64,000 nucleotides of DNA from an uncultured Nitrospiraceae bacterium (GTDB lineage: Bacteria > Nitrospirota > Nitrospiria > Nitrospirales > Nitrospiraceae): the NCBI GenBank assembly GCA_963706325.1, contig CAVPLT010000007.1, positions 96,001-160,000 on the forward strand. Direction: 5' to 3'. The stretch's first letter is position 1. Every line of letters starts with the position of its first letter. The notes beneath the pieces are model-generated. The model did not search any database. It was not told where the DNA came from and was given only the letters and a program-made list of their open reading frames with translations. Made by a program: the position numbers and the translations under genes. Below are positions 29,469 through 39,004 of the stretch, in pieces.

Positions 29469-30584
29469 ATGGCTGAACCGCTCAAGAATCAGTTCGGCCC
29501 TGCGATTCCGCGCACGATCGGACGGATGATTGCCGCCGTCTTTCCTGCCTTCGATGAAAAAGCCTTCGTCAAGCGCGCGTTGAAGGGCTATGACGCGCTC
29601 GAGTTGATGGCGCGTGGCCGGAAAATCGCCGAGGCGCTCAGGCAGCACCTTCCCGCTGATTATCCAAGGGCGGCGGAGATGCTCATCGCGTCGCTCGATC
29701 AGAGACCGGTGAAAACCGCCGGTCAGAGCATGACGTCTTTTTTGTTTCTCCCCCACGTGTTGTTCGTGGCCGAATATGGGTTGGACCATTTCGACGTTTC
29801 CATGCGCGCCCAGCACGCACTCACGAAATTATTCACAGCGGAGTTCAGCATTCGCCGCTATTTGGAGCGGCATCAAGCAGCCACGCTGGCCAGGCTCAAG
29901 GAGTGGGCTGCCGATCCTAGCGCCGATGTGCGCCGTCTCGTTTCCGAAGGTACGCGTCCTCGATTGCCCTGGGCGATAAGACTCCGCGCCTTTCAGGCTG
30001 ATCCGAGTCCGGTCCTTGCCTTGCTTGAGCTGCTCAAGGACGACCCGGATTTGTATGTGCGGCGAAGCGTGGCGAACAATCTCAGTGACATCGGGAAAGA
30101 TCACCCGGCGGTGCTCATCACCACGGCCAGGAAATGGATGGTAGGGGCGACGGAGGAGCGGCGCTGGATCGTTCGGCATGCGTTGCGATCGGCGGTCAAA
30201 CGCGCCGAGTCGGGAGCGCTGGATCTGCTGGGTTTCGGACATTCAGCGGAGATCGTGGTGCAGAAGGTGCGGATCGCTCCTCGGCGCGCGGCCATCGGAT
30301 CGTCCGTTACGCTTGCCTGCGAGCTTCGGAGTAAGGCCGCGACGGTCCAACGGCTCCTGGTGGATTTGCGCGTGCGCTACATCAAAGCCAATGGCACGCA
30401 TCGACCGAAAGTGTTCAAGCTGAAGACGGTCGAGTTGGCTTCCCGAGAATCGTTGCCGCTCAACAAGACCCTCTCGCTGATGCAATTGACCACTCGCAAG
30501 CACTATCCGGGAACGCATCATCTGGAACTCATGGTCAACGGCCGAGCGTATCCGCTGGGCAGCTTTGAGCTCTGGCAGCGATAG
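29469..30584 (+). CDS. DNA alkylation repair glycosylase (AlkC-like HEAT repeats plus Ig-like domain)
   Basis: TAEFSIR, RRLVSEGTRPRLPW, YVRRSVANNL.DI.KD, TTRKHYPG. Confidence 0.9.
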   Translation: MAEPLKNQFGPAIPRTIGRMIAAVFPAFDEKAFVKRALKGYDALELMARGRKIAEALRQHLPADYPRAAEMLIASLDQRPVKTAGQSMTSFLFLPHVLFVAEYGLDHFDVSMRAQHALTKLFTAEFSIRRYLERHQAATLARLKEWAADPSADVRRLVSEGTRPRLPWAIRLRAFQADPSPVLALLELLKDDPDLYVRRSVANNLSDIGKDHPAVLITTARKWMVGATEERRWIVRHALRSAVKRAESGALDLLGFGHSAEIVVQKVRIAPRRAAIGSSVTLACELRSKAATVQRLLVDLRVRYIKANGTHRPKVFKLKTVELASRESLPLNKTLSLMQLTTRKHYPGTHHLELMVNGRAYPLGSFELWQR

Positions 30585-30658
30585 GCGATGCGGAGATACG
30601 AGAGAATCGCGTAGGCTTCAATCGACCCTTTGACCGTAAGACGTACGGCACTGCAGCC

Positions 30659-31267
30659 TTAGGCAGCGGCGATTTTCCTTGGATCAATCACCTGTCCGGT
30701 CATCGTGCCCTCTACGCTGGCGAGATAGGCGCGCGCGACCCTGTCGGCCGGGAGCCCGATCGATGGATCCATGCCTCTGGCAATCAGCGTTTCCGTGACC
30801 CAGGGTGGGCTGACGACATTCACGCGGAGACCTCGCGGCAGGTCGATTGCGGCGGCGCGGACGAAGCCTTCCAGCCCTGCGTTCACCATGCTGATAGAGG
30901 CGCTGCCCTTGATCGGTTCCTGGCTAAGCACTCCGCTGGTGAGGGTGAAGGACCCTTGCTCGGTGATGAACGATTTGCCGATCCGCACCACATTCGCTTG
31001 CCCCATCAACTTATTCTTGAGTCCAACGAAATAGTCCTCATACGTCAGGTCAGCCAAGCTCGCGAATTTGGCGATGCCCGCCGTGCTCACGACCGCATCG
31101 AAGCTGCCGATTGCTGTGAACAATCGCGTGATGGAGTCCGGCGATGCGAGATCTACCTGAAAGGCGCCCTTCTGACGTCCGACCGTCACGACTTCGTGCC
31201 GGACCGACAACGCTTTGACGACCGCGGCTCCGATGGTGCCGGTTCCCCCGATGACGATCACTCGCAT
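30659..31267 (-). CDS. Short-chain dehydrogenase/reductase
   Basis: GGTGTIG, KLMGQ, RVNVVSP. Confidence 0.9.
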   Translation of the reverse strand: MRVIVIGGTGTIGAAVVKALSVRHEVVTVGRQKGAFQVDLASPDSITRLFTAIGSFDAVVSTAGIAKFASLADLTYEDYFVGLKNKLMGQANVVRIGKSFITEQGSFTLTSGVLSQEPIKGSASISMVNAGLEGFVRAAAIDLPRGLRVNVVSPPWVTETLIARGMDPSIGLPADRVARAYLASVEGTMTGQVIDPRKIAAA

Positions 31268-31341
31268 AATGTTCTCCCTGATTTATATCTGACTTCAATG
31301 TAGGCAGGCGCTCATGCCTCACGCAAGAGTGCCTGCAGACG

Positions 31342-31653
31342 TCAATCCGGACTGTCGATCACATATTGCGAGATGGCGGAGTTTTCTTGAGGCGGGAGAT
31401 GCCGGCAAGGCGGAATGTCCGCCTGTAGGCGTCGTAGGAGCACAGCCATCTTCATAGTGGCCGGTATCTCGCAGACCCATACGTGCATGCCGGATTCCAG
31501 GTCGTCAAAATGTCGTTGGACGGTAAAACCTGGTTTCTCCATGAAGTAGGCGGAGAGGAATCCGTTGATCGCCTGCACTGTCCAGGGATTCGCCTTGATG
31601 TATCGGTAGGTGAGTCGGATTTCTACGGCGTGATTAGCCTGCTCGGGATCCAT
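31342..31653 (-). CDS. Hypothetical protein
   Basis: 3' part of the long antisense ORF, with its own ATG and GAGGAG RBS. Confidence 0.7.
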   Translation of the reverse strand: MDPEQANHAVEIRLTYRYIKANPWTVQAINGFLSAYFMEKPGFTVQRHFDDLESGMHVWVCEIPATMKMAVLLRRLQADIPPCRHLPPQENSAISQYVIDSPD

Positions 31654-31770
31654 GTGGTTCTCTGCTCCTCGCTGAAAGTGACCACGCACTCTAACAACTT
31701 CGCGGACCATTTGGAATATTGAGACTGGCGTGAAGATCTGTGTATGGTACGAGATGGAGGGCTGCAGGCA

Positions 31771-32607
31771 ATGTTGACCGCATATAATCAGGTTCCGATT
31801 CCTTCGTTCATGTATGGCACGGCTTGGAAAAAAGAGGCCACCACGCAGCTGGTGCAGCAGGCGGTGGCCGCCGGGTTCACGGCCATCGATACGGCCAATC
31901 AGTTGATCCACTACGAGGAAGCGTTGGTGGGCGAGGCGCTGTTCGAGTTGGCGAAGCAGGGCACGCCCCGTGACCGCCTCTTTCTGCAAACAAAGTTCAC
32001 GTCGGTCACCGGCCAAGACCACCGAACTCCCTATGACGCGCAGGCCGATCTCACGACTCAGGTGAAACAATCTTTCGACAGCTCGTTGGCCCATCTCCAC
32101 ACCGACCACGTCGACTCCTATGTGCTGCACGGCCCCTATTATCGGCGAGGGCTCGCAGCGGAAGATTGGGAAGTCTGGGCCGCGATCGAGCAGCTGTATG
32201 AATCGGGAAAGACGAAGATGATCGGTATCAGCAACGTGACGGCTGAACAACTCACGCTGCTGTGCCAACGGGCCGCGCACAAACCCATGGTGGTGCAGAA
32301 TCGCTGTTATGCCGCGATGGGCTGGGATCAGGAGGTGCGGGAGATTTGTCGAACGCGCGGAATCATTTACCAAGGGTTCTCGCTCTTGACCGCCAATCGT
32401 GAGGTGTTCGCCGAGCCGGAGGTGCGGGCAATGGCGGCGAAGTATGGCATGGGATTGGCGCAGCTGGTCTTTCGGTTTGCGATGCAGATCGGCATGCTAC
32501 CGCTGACGGGTACGACCAACCCGCAACATATGACAGAGGATCTACAGTCCGACCGGTTCACGATCGGTCCCGAGGACCTGCAGCGGCTGGAGACGATAGG
32601 AATGTAA
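31771..32607 (+). CDS. Aldo/keto reductase
   Basis: YGTAWK, IDTANQ, FLQTKF, SYVLHGP, IGISN. Confidence 0.92.
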   Translation: MLTAYNQVPIPSFMYGTAWKKEATTQLVQQAVAAGFTAIDTANQLIHYEEALVGEALFELAKQGTPRDRLFLQTKFTSVTGQDHRTPYDAQADLTTQVKQSFDSSLAHLHTDHVDSYVLHGPYYRRGLAAEDWEVWAAIEQLYESGKTKMIGISNVTAEQLTLLCQRAAHKPMVVQNRCYAAMGWDQEVREICRTRGIIYQGFSLLTANREVFAEPEVRAMAAKYGMGLAQLVFRFAMQIGMLPLTGTTNPQHMTEDLQSDRFTIGPEDLQRLETIGM

Positions 32608-32671
32608 CCCACGGCCTGCATCGATAGTCGTTGGATGATGTGGATCTATGGACTCGACAAAAGTTTGATCA

Positions 32672-34288
32672 ATGGAAAGTCTGCACCAACTCGAAGTAGT
32701 CATCCTATTGCTGACGGTGGTGCTTGCGCTGACGACAATCGCGCAGAAGATCAACATCCCATACCCCATTTTTCTTGTGCTGGGCGGCCTGGTGCTTGGC
32801 GTGGTGCCCGGTCTGCCGCCGGTGACACTTCATCCGGACCTGGTGTTCCTCGTCTTTCTGCCGCCGATCTTATGGGCGGCGGCCTATTTCACGTCATTGC
32901 GTGAATTTCGTCAAAATCTTCGGCCGATCTCACTCCTGGCAGTCGGGCTCGTGCTGGCGACTTCGGCTGGGGTGGCGGCGGTGGCCCATGCCGTCTTGCC
33001 TGGCATGGGATGGGCGGAGGCCATTGCGCTGGGAGCCATTGTCTCGCCGCCTGATGCCGTCTCCGCGACGGCGATCGGCAAACGGCTGGGAATTCCGCGT
33101 CGAGTGGTGACGATCCTTGAGGGCGAAAGCCTGGTTAATGATGCGACGGCGCTGGTGTTATATCGGGCCGCGGTTGGCGCGGTCGTCAGCGGCTCGTTTG
33201 CGCTCGGCTGGACTCTCCTCGATTTTTTGTTTGCCGCGCTGGTCGGCGTCGCCATCGGGATTGGGCTAGCTTGGCTCACCCGTTGGGCGATCTGCGCAAC
33301 GGAAGACGGGTTCACTCAGATCGGTATCACGTTGCTGGCGCCCTATATTGCGTGGGTGGTGGCTGAGTTGGTGCATGCGTCGGCAGTCCTGGCTTGTGTG
33401 GCGGGCGGTGTATATCTCCGTCAGTATTTCAGCGGCGCCGTGGCCCCGGCCACCAGAATACAAGCTCGCGCGGTGTGGGAGCTGCTCATCTTTATTTTGA
33501 ACGGCGTGATTTTTATTCTGATCGGTTTTCAGCTGGGCGCGTTGCGTGATGCGGCGCCCGCCGGACAGTTTGGCACAATTTTGTTGGCGGGAATGTGGGT
33601 CAGCGTGACCGCTATCGTGGTGCGGTTCGTGTGGGTGCCGCTGGCTGCCCTCATTCCCCGGTGGCTGAGCGCGACCCTGCGGGCGCGCGATCCGATGCCT
33701 CCGTGGTCGGGCTTGTTTCTCATTTCGTGGACCGGCATGCGCGGGATCGTCACACTCGCCGCGGCATTGGCCCTCCCGATGACGACGAGCACCGGCGTAC
33801 CGTTTCCGTTCCGATCTGAAATTATTTTGATCAGCTTTACGGTCATTCTCGTCACCCTGGTTCTGCAAGGGCTCTCGCTGCCGCCGATCATCCGGCTGCT
33901 CCGTCCGGAAGAAGATCACGGCTTGGATCAGGAAGAAACCATGGCGCGAGAACATGCGACGACGGCAGCGCTGAACCGGTTGGATCAAGTGGTGGGAGAG
34001 AACTGGGCCACGTCGGAGCAGGTGGAGCGAGTGCGACTTCAGTACAGCCGGCGGTTGGAGCGGTTCGCCCGATCCAATCTTATGGAGAAAACGGCTATTG
34101 ATGGGGTTACCGAGGTCGTTCAGCGTCTGCGGCATGAGACATTGACGGCTGAGCGGATTGCCCTCATCGGGCTTCGCAATGACGGCACGATCAGCGACGA
34201 AGTCCTGCATCATCTGGAGCAGGAACTCGATGTCGCCGCGCTTCACCTTGGCATCGGTGATCGACGCCTGGGCAGAAGCCGGAGCTAG
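32672..34288 (+). CDS. Na+/H+ antiporter, CPA1 family
   Basis: FLPPIL, SPPDAV, EGESLVNDA, GMRGIVTLAAAL. Confidence 0.93.
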   Translation: MESLHQLEVVILLLTVVLALTTIAQKINIPYPIFLVLGGLVLGVVPGLPPVTLHPDLVFLVFLPPILWAAAYFTSLREFRQNLRPISLLAVGLVLATSAGVAAVAHAVLPGMGWAEAIALGAIVSPPDAVSATAIGKRLGIPRRVVTILEGESLVNDATALVLYRAAVGAVVSGSFALGWTLLDFLFAALVGVAIGIGLAWLTRWAICATEDGFTQIGITLLAPYIAWVVAELVHASAVLACVAGGVYLRQYFSGAVAPATRIQARAVWELLIFILNGVIFILIGFQLGALRDAAPAGQFGTILLAGMWVSVTAIVVRFVWVPLAALIPRWLSATLRARDPMPPWSGLFLISWTGMRGIVTLAAALALPMTTSTGVPFPFRSEIILISFTVILVTLVLQGLSLPPIIRLLRPEEDHGLDQEETMAREHATTAALNRLDQVVGENWATSEQVERVRLQYSRRLERFARSNLMEKTAIDGVTEVVQRLRHETLTAERIALIGLRNDGTISDEVLHHLEQELDVAALHLGIGDRRLGRSRS

Positions 34289-34406
34289 AGGATCGTAAGA
34301 TAGTTCCGCATGCGAGAAGATCCTCACTGGTCGGTAGTCTGGGTAGTGCCATCTCAGGGCCATGACAGTCGCGCCCCGGCAAGAAGCAGCGTAAAACGCT
34401 GCCTCG

Positions 34407-35714
34407 TCAGAAATATTGCGTGATTCCCACCTGAATAAGCGAATTGGGACTGGGGGACAACAACTGCGCGAAATCCACACGCAGTAACGTGTTGGCGAGA
34501 AACGTGGGCACCACTCTGATGCCTGCCCCGACATTGACTGCGCCTATCCAATTCCGTTGGTTGCCTTCTTCGGTAAAAGGTTGAAAGGCGCCAAAATCTG
34601 AGAAGAGCACCCCCTGCAGCGCCCAACGCGGCGCGAGCTGAATCGCGTGACGCAACTCCAGGTTCATATAAGTTTGTGCCCGATTGCGATAGAGATTATC
34701 GGAGAGCCCTCTGACTCCCGCGATACTCCCCATCAGCAAACTGTGATTCGGATTTCGGCTGTTGTTCACCGCCTCGGCGACCGTATTGATCATCAAGACC
34801 GTCATGGGGGCCAATGGAGCTCCTTGGATATACCGTAGCCGCAACTCGTGACGCGGCTGGTTCGCGCCGATGAAGTAACCCGGCCGGAATTCCAACGCGA
34901 GGCGATACCCGGAGGGCACGAGATCGTGCCAATGGTATCGATCCCAGGTCACCTCTGGAATAAGACCCACATAGTAGCCATCCGGTGGCCGCGCGCCTGT
35001 TCCTGTCTGATCCTGAACGAGCTCCCGATACATTTTGGCGACCACTTCGTAACGCAACGGCGATCCATACGCAAACGGCCCCTTGAGCTCGAATTCGCCG
35101 CCGATCCGGTTGCGTGTCCAGTTGGCCGTCGAATCGGCGAAACGGATGCCGTTGCTGCTGTAGGAGCCCTTTACTTCTTTCGCCCAGCGGTCCGGGCGGT
35201 ACGCATGTTCCGAGATCCACACATCCACATTCGGTCCTCGTTGGCTGTAATTGAATTGACCTCCGATCTGTGTGCCGGTACCGCCCAGGTTATATTCCAC
35301 GAGACCGGCAGTGGCATTCAGGTCTTTGACGCTCGTGCCGCTTGTGAAGCTCAAGACGGGAGAGAGCGTGAACTTCTCCTGCACATCCACGGTCATTTTT
35401 TCGCCATGTGTCGCCACGTTCACCCGATCGAAAAGGCTGAGGTTTCGGATGCGTCTCTCAAACTCCTCGACCTCTGTGCGAGTGAATTGTGCGGGGATCG
35501 GCTGCGGAAGCAATCGCTGGATCGTGTCTTCTTTGGTATGCCGCGCGCCACTGATTTCCAGGGTGTGGATAAAAATGCCCCTGTTCTCAGCGACAGTCTC
35601 AGCGGCGACTGCGGGATGTGCCATGACAGCATGGATGGTGATGACCATCGCACAAGAGAGGATGACCGGAAGAAACAATACACGCGTGTTTCGACTGAAA
35701 TGAATAGGATGCAT
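34407..35714 (-). CDS. Omp85/BamA-TamA family outer-membrane protein with a single POTRA domain
   Basis: Signal peptide; ISGARHTKEDTI...IRNLSLF..V...VDVQEK POTRA; VRGL motif; terminal QYF. Confidence 0.82.
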   Translation of the reverse strand: MHPIHFSRNTRVLFLPVILSCAMVITIHAVMAHPAVAAETVAENRGIFIHTLEISGARHTKEDTIQRLLPQPIPAQFTRTEVEEFERRIRNLSLFDRVNVATHGEKMTVDVQEKFTLSPVLSFTSGTSVKDLNATAGLVEYNLGGTGTQIGGQFNYSQRGPNVDVWISEHAYRPDRWAKEVKGSYSSNGIRFADSTANWTRNRIGGEFELKGPFAYGSPLRYEVVAKMYRELVQDQTGTGARPPDGYYVGLIPEVTWDRYHWHDLVPSGYRLALEFRPGYFIGANQPRHELRLRYIQGAPLAPMTVLMINTVAEAVNNSRNPNHSLLMGSIAGVRGLSDNLYRNRAQTYMNLELRHAIQLAPRWALQGVLFSDFGAFQPFTEEGNQRNWIGAVNVGAGIRVVPTFLANTLLRVDFAQLLSPSPNSLIQVGITQYF

Positions 35715-35787
35715 CGCAGACCTCCATGGTAAAAACAGGTCCACCGTGTTGAACGATGGAACCGTCAGTGGAGAGACTGGATGTAAT

Positions 35788-36153
35788 TTAGATTCGAAGC
35801 GGAAGAAGGAGCGGAACAGGACTGCTGCGCGGCGGCCGCTCATGGGCCGGGGCCGCTCGTGTGCTTGGGAGGGACGGCAGGCAGGCGGAAATGAGAATAG
35901 CTTCGAGAGCTATCCAGGCCCAGGCCGGCCATGCCATGCCTGCCGGGCTGTCGGCTTTCTGAGAAGCCATCAGAACATGTTCAGCGGGATTGTCAGGCTC
36001 TTCCGAAATGGGCGCACCATCGACGGATGTGCTGAGATCCGGCTCCTCGAAGGCCAGGTCCATGACCAGATCCCCGGTAATCATGAAAGCGACTACCAGA
36101 GTCAGCCACGCGATGACACCGGTGTGTCGTGTCATTGTTTTCATCCACAGCAT
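35788..36153 (-). CDS. Small membrane-anchored protein with C-terminal RPP motif (DUF2946-like putative leader)
   Basis: N-terminal TM helix; HERPPRSS...LRI end; directly upstream of the Omp85 gene. Confidence 0.65.
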   Translation of the reverse strand: MLWMKTMTRHTGVIAWLTLVVAFMITGDLVMDLAFEEPDLSTSVDGAPISEEPDNPAEHVLMASQKADSPAGMAWPAWAWIALEAILISACLPSLPSTRAAPAHERPPRSSPVPLLLPLRI

Positions 36154-36155
36154 GA

Positions 36156-36190
36156 GTCCCGACTATAAGGTCGGGACGGCGGTCTGTCAA
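36156..36190 (-). promoter_or_regulatory. Sigma70 promoter with an operator-like palindrome over the -10 box
   Basis: TTGACA(36190-36185)-N17-TATAGT(36167-36162); GTCCCGAC-N6-GTCGGGAC at 36156-36177. Confidence 0.75.
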
Positions 36191-36257
36191 TTGATGTCGC
36201 TCAGCGGGACCGCGATGGTTCCGGTACATCTTCGCATTCCGGGTGAGGGGTCCCTGC

Positions 36258-36286
36258 TTGACGCGCGGGCTTGCTGCGGGTAGGTT
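36258..36286 (+). promoter_or_regulatory. Sigma70-like promoter of the GNAT gene
   Basis: TTGACG-N17-TAGGTT, about 6 nt before ATG 36293; no SD. Confidence 0.55.
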
Positions 36287-36292
36287 CACGCC

Positions 36293-36766
36293 ATGTCGAT
36301 TCGTGTCACACAGGCACAGCCGTCCGATGCTCCGATAGTCGCTGAATTAGTCGGCGAGTTGTTGCGCGAGATCATGACGGCAATCGGCACGCAAGCGTTT
36401 GAATTTTCTGAGTCCGCCACCGAAGAGCGAGCCAGACAGTGGACGTTGGATCAGACGTATATCGTTCTGCTGGCTCACGACGAGGATAGCGTCGTGGGCT
36501 GCCTGACCCTCACGGAAAACCGCGCACTGTATGCCGAAGGCGCCTTCGGGATCATTCCTGAAATGTATGTACGCCCGGCCTTTCGGTCGCGCACAGTCGG
36601 TGCGATGCTCCTGGCAGAGGCGAAACAGGTAGCCCGGTTGCGGCGATGGACCAGATTAGAGGTCACGACGCCCCCCTTGCCGCAGTTCGATCGGACTCTC
36701 GCGTTCTACGAGCGGCAGGGATTCAACATGTCCGGTGGGCGGAAGATGAAAGTAGGCCTGCCGTGA
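36293..36766 (+). CDS. GNAT family N-acetyltransferase
   Basis: EMYVRPAFRSRTVGAML, FYERQGF. Confidence 0.9.
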   Translation: MSIRVTQAQPSDAPIVAELVGELLREIMTAIGTQAFEFSESATEERARQWTLDQTYIVLLAHDEDSVVGCLTLTENRALYAEGAFGIIPEMYVRPAFRSRTVGAMLLAEAKQVARLRRWTRLEVTTPPLPQFDRTLAFYERQGFNMSGGRKMKVGLP

Positions 36767-37176
36767 AGCCTATCGTGCAGGAAGAACGAACTGGTTGTGG
36801 CATTGCGGCGGTGGCCGCGATTGCCGGGGTGTCTTACGCGAAGGCAAAGACCGCGGCCGCCTCGTTGGGCATCTCTTCGCAGGACCGAAGACTGTGGTCG
36901 GAGACCATTCATGTGCGGCGATTGCTCGCGCTGTTCGGTGTGCATGCCGCGAGGACGACAAGGCCGTTTCGTGCCTGGTCGAAGCTGCCGGATTGCGCGC
37001 TGCTCGCTATCAAGTGGCGCGTCGAACAGGAGCGGCCATTCTGGCATTGGGTGGTGTTTGTGCGAGCGAAAGATCAGGCATATGTCTTGGATTCCAAGCC
37101 GACGTTGAAGACTGCTCTGCGGACTGATTTCGGACGCATGAAGCCGCGGTGGTTTTTGCCTGTCGCCATAAAATGA
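36763..37176 (+). CDS. Standalone C39-like cysteine peptidase
   Basis: QEERTGCGIAAVA (Q..C), HWVV, VLDS; GTGA overlap with the GNAT stop. Confidence 0.8.
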   Translation: MKPIVQEERTGCGIAAVAAIAGVSYAKAKTAAASLGISSQDRRLWSETIHVRRLLALFGVHAARTTRPFRAWSKLPDCALLAIKWRVEQERPFWHWVVFVRAKDQAYVLDSKPTLKTALRTDFGRMKPRWFLPVAIK

Positions 37177-37228
37177 TGGCCCATGTCTCGCGCCGTCTAG
37201 CTCGGGATTTCGCCAGTAGTCACTCGCG

Positions 37229-38854
37229 ATGAATTCTCCTAGAATCGCGCGCACCACCTCAGATTTCCCGCATGATATGGATCAATCGCTTCGCACGCAC
37301 CATCCATGGAAATATGTCGGTATCGGTGTAGCTATCATCGTGCTGGGAGCGTTGATAGCCATCGTGTTCATCGACGAGCCCCTACGTGGCTTCATCGAAC
37401 GGCGGGTGAACCAACGCCTGGATGGATATCGCCTCACCATCGGATCGCTCGACTTCCATCCGATCGGGTTTTCCATCGATCTTGAAAATGTGGTGCTGGT
37501 GAAGACGCAGCACCCTGATCAACCCATCCTGAAGATCCCTTTATGGAGCGCGAGTGTGCATTGGCGAGACTTGCTGCGAGGCGCGCTGGTCAGCGATCAC
37601 CGATTCGAACGACCGACTCTGCAGATCACGCGGGCGCAGGCCGTGGAGGAAGCCGATGATACTCGCGCGTTGACGGAGCGTGGGTGGCAGAAAGCCGTGT
37701 TGGCCGTCTATCCATTAGATATCAATGAACTGGATATTGTGGACGGCGAGGTCAGCTATGCCGACTCGCCGACCAGTAAACCGCTGCGGTTGCAGGCAGT
37801 TCAATTTCGAGCGGGCAATATTCGGAACATCGAGTCACCGGACAATACCTATCCGTCTCGTATCAGTCTCCAGGCACAGGTATTTGGGTCGGGACGGCTG
37901 ACCGTTGACGGCAAGGCGGATTTTCTCGCCCAACCACATGTCGGTGTCGATGCGCACGTCGAGCTGACCGATATTCCACTCACGGACTTGTTGCCGCTCA
38001 CGGGACGGGCGAATGTCATTCTGCGGGAAGGGCTACTGAAGGCCAAAGGCCACGTCGAGTATTCTCCTTCTGTGAAGAACGTGCAGGTCCAAGATTTTGC
38101 GGTGAACAATCTTCGTATGGACTATGTGCATGCCGCCGGCGCGGCGAAGAAAGAAAAGCCGGTTGTCGAGGCTGCCGTCAAACAAGCCACAGAGGTTCGG
38201 AGGGAGCCGCCTGTCAGCGTGCGCATTGAGCGAGGTCAGATCACCAACAGTGAATTGGGATTCGTGAATAAGGAAACGGTTCCCGGCTATCGGGTCTTCC
38301 TGGCCCAGATCAATATGCAGATTCAAGATCTCTCCAATACCTTCGATCGAGAGACTGCCGGGATCAATCTGGAAGGCCGCTTTATGGGAAATGGAAAGCT
38401 TACAACCCGCATCACTATTCGCCCGCAAAACCCCCTGCCTGACTTCGATCTGAAGGTCAAGATTCTGAAAACCAAGCTCGCGTCGATGAATAACGTTTTG
38501 CGCGCGCATGCGAATGCTGACGTGAAGGAAGGGAGCTTCACATTCTTCAGCGAACTGGCTGTGCAGAACGGGAAGGTGACCGGCTACGTTCGGCCCTTTT
38601 TCAAAGATGTGGATGTGTACGATCCGGAGCAGGACAAAGATAAGGGGTTTCTCCAGCAAGTCTATGAGGGGTTGCTCGAGGATCTGGCGGATGTGTTCAA
38701 GAATGTCCCTCGCGAACAGGTCGCGACGGAGGCCACCGTCACGGGGCCGTTGAGCGATCCGCGAACCAGCACATGGGAAGTTTTCGTCAATCTGGTAAAA
38801 AATGCATTCTTTAAGGCGATCGTTCCGGGTTTCAAAAAAACTATCCAGCCGTAG
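37229..38854 (+). CDS. DUF748/AsmA-like protein
   Basis: N-terminal TM helix; repeated beta-rich units; LVKNAFFKAI.PG end. Confidence 0.85.
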   Translation: MNSPRIARTTSDFPHDMDQSLRTHHPWKYVGIGVAIIVLGALIAIVFIDEPLRGFIERRVNQRLDGYRLTIGSLDFHPIGFSIDLENVVLVKTQHPDQPILKIPLWSASVHWRDLLRGALVSDHRFERPTLQITRAQAVEEADDTRALTERGWQKAVLAVYPLDINELDIVDGEVSYADSPTSKPLRLQAVQFRAGNIRNIESPDNTYPSRISLQAQVFGSGRLTVDGKADFLAQPHVGVDAHVELTDIPLTDLLPLTGRANVILREGLLKAKGHVEYSPSVKNVQVQDFAVNNLRMDYVHAAGAAKKEKPVVEAAVKQATEVRREPPVSVRIERGQITNSELGFVNKETVPGYRVFLAQINMQIQDLSNTFDRETAGINLEGRFMGNGKLTTRITIRPQNPLPDFDLKVKILKTKLASMNNVLRAHANADVKEGSFTFFSELAVQNGKVTGYVRPFFKDVDVYDPEQDKDKGFLQQVYEGLLEDLADVFKNVPREQVATEATVTGPLSDPRTSTWEVFVNLVKNAFFKAIVPGFKKTIQP

Positions 38855-39004
38855 TTCATACTTCCCTCGCGGTACCGTTGAGATACGCATGCCTCGCGCT
38901 TGAGCTTTTACGCCCCATTGAGATAAGGTTCGGCGCCGTTGCGGGATGGCGCTCGGAATCGATTGAAGCGCACTGTGAAAATGTGACTGGGAGATGAGCG
39001 ACGC

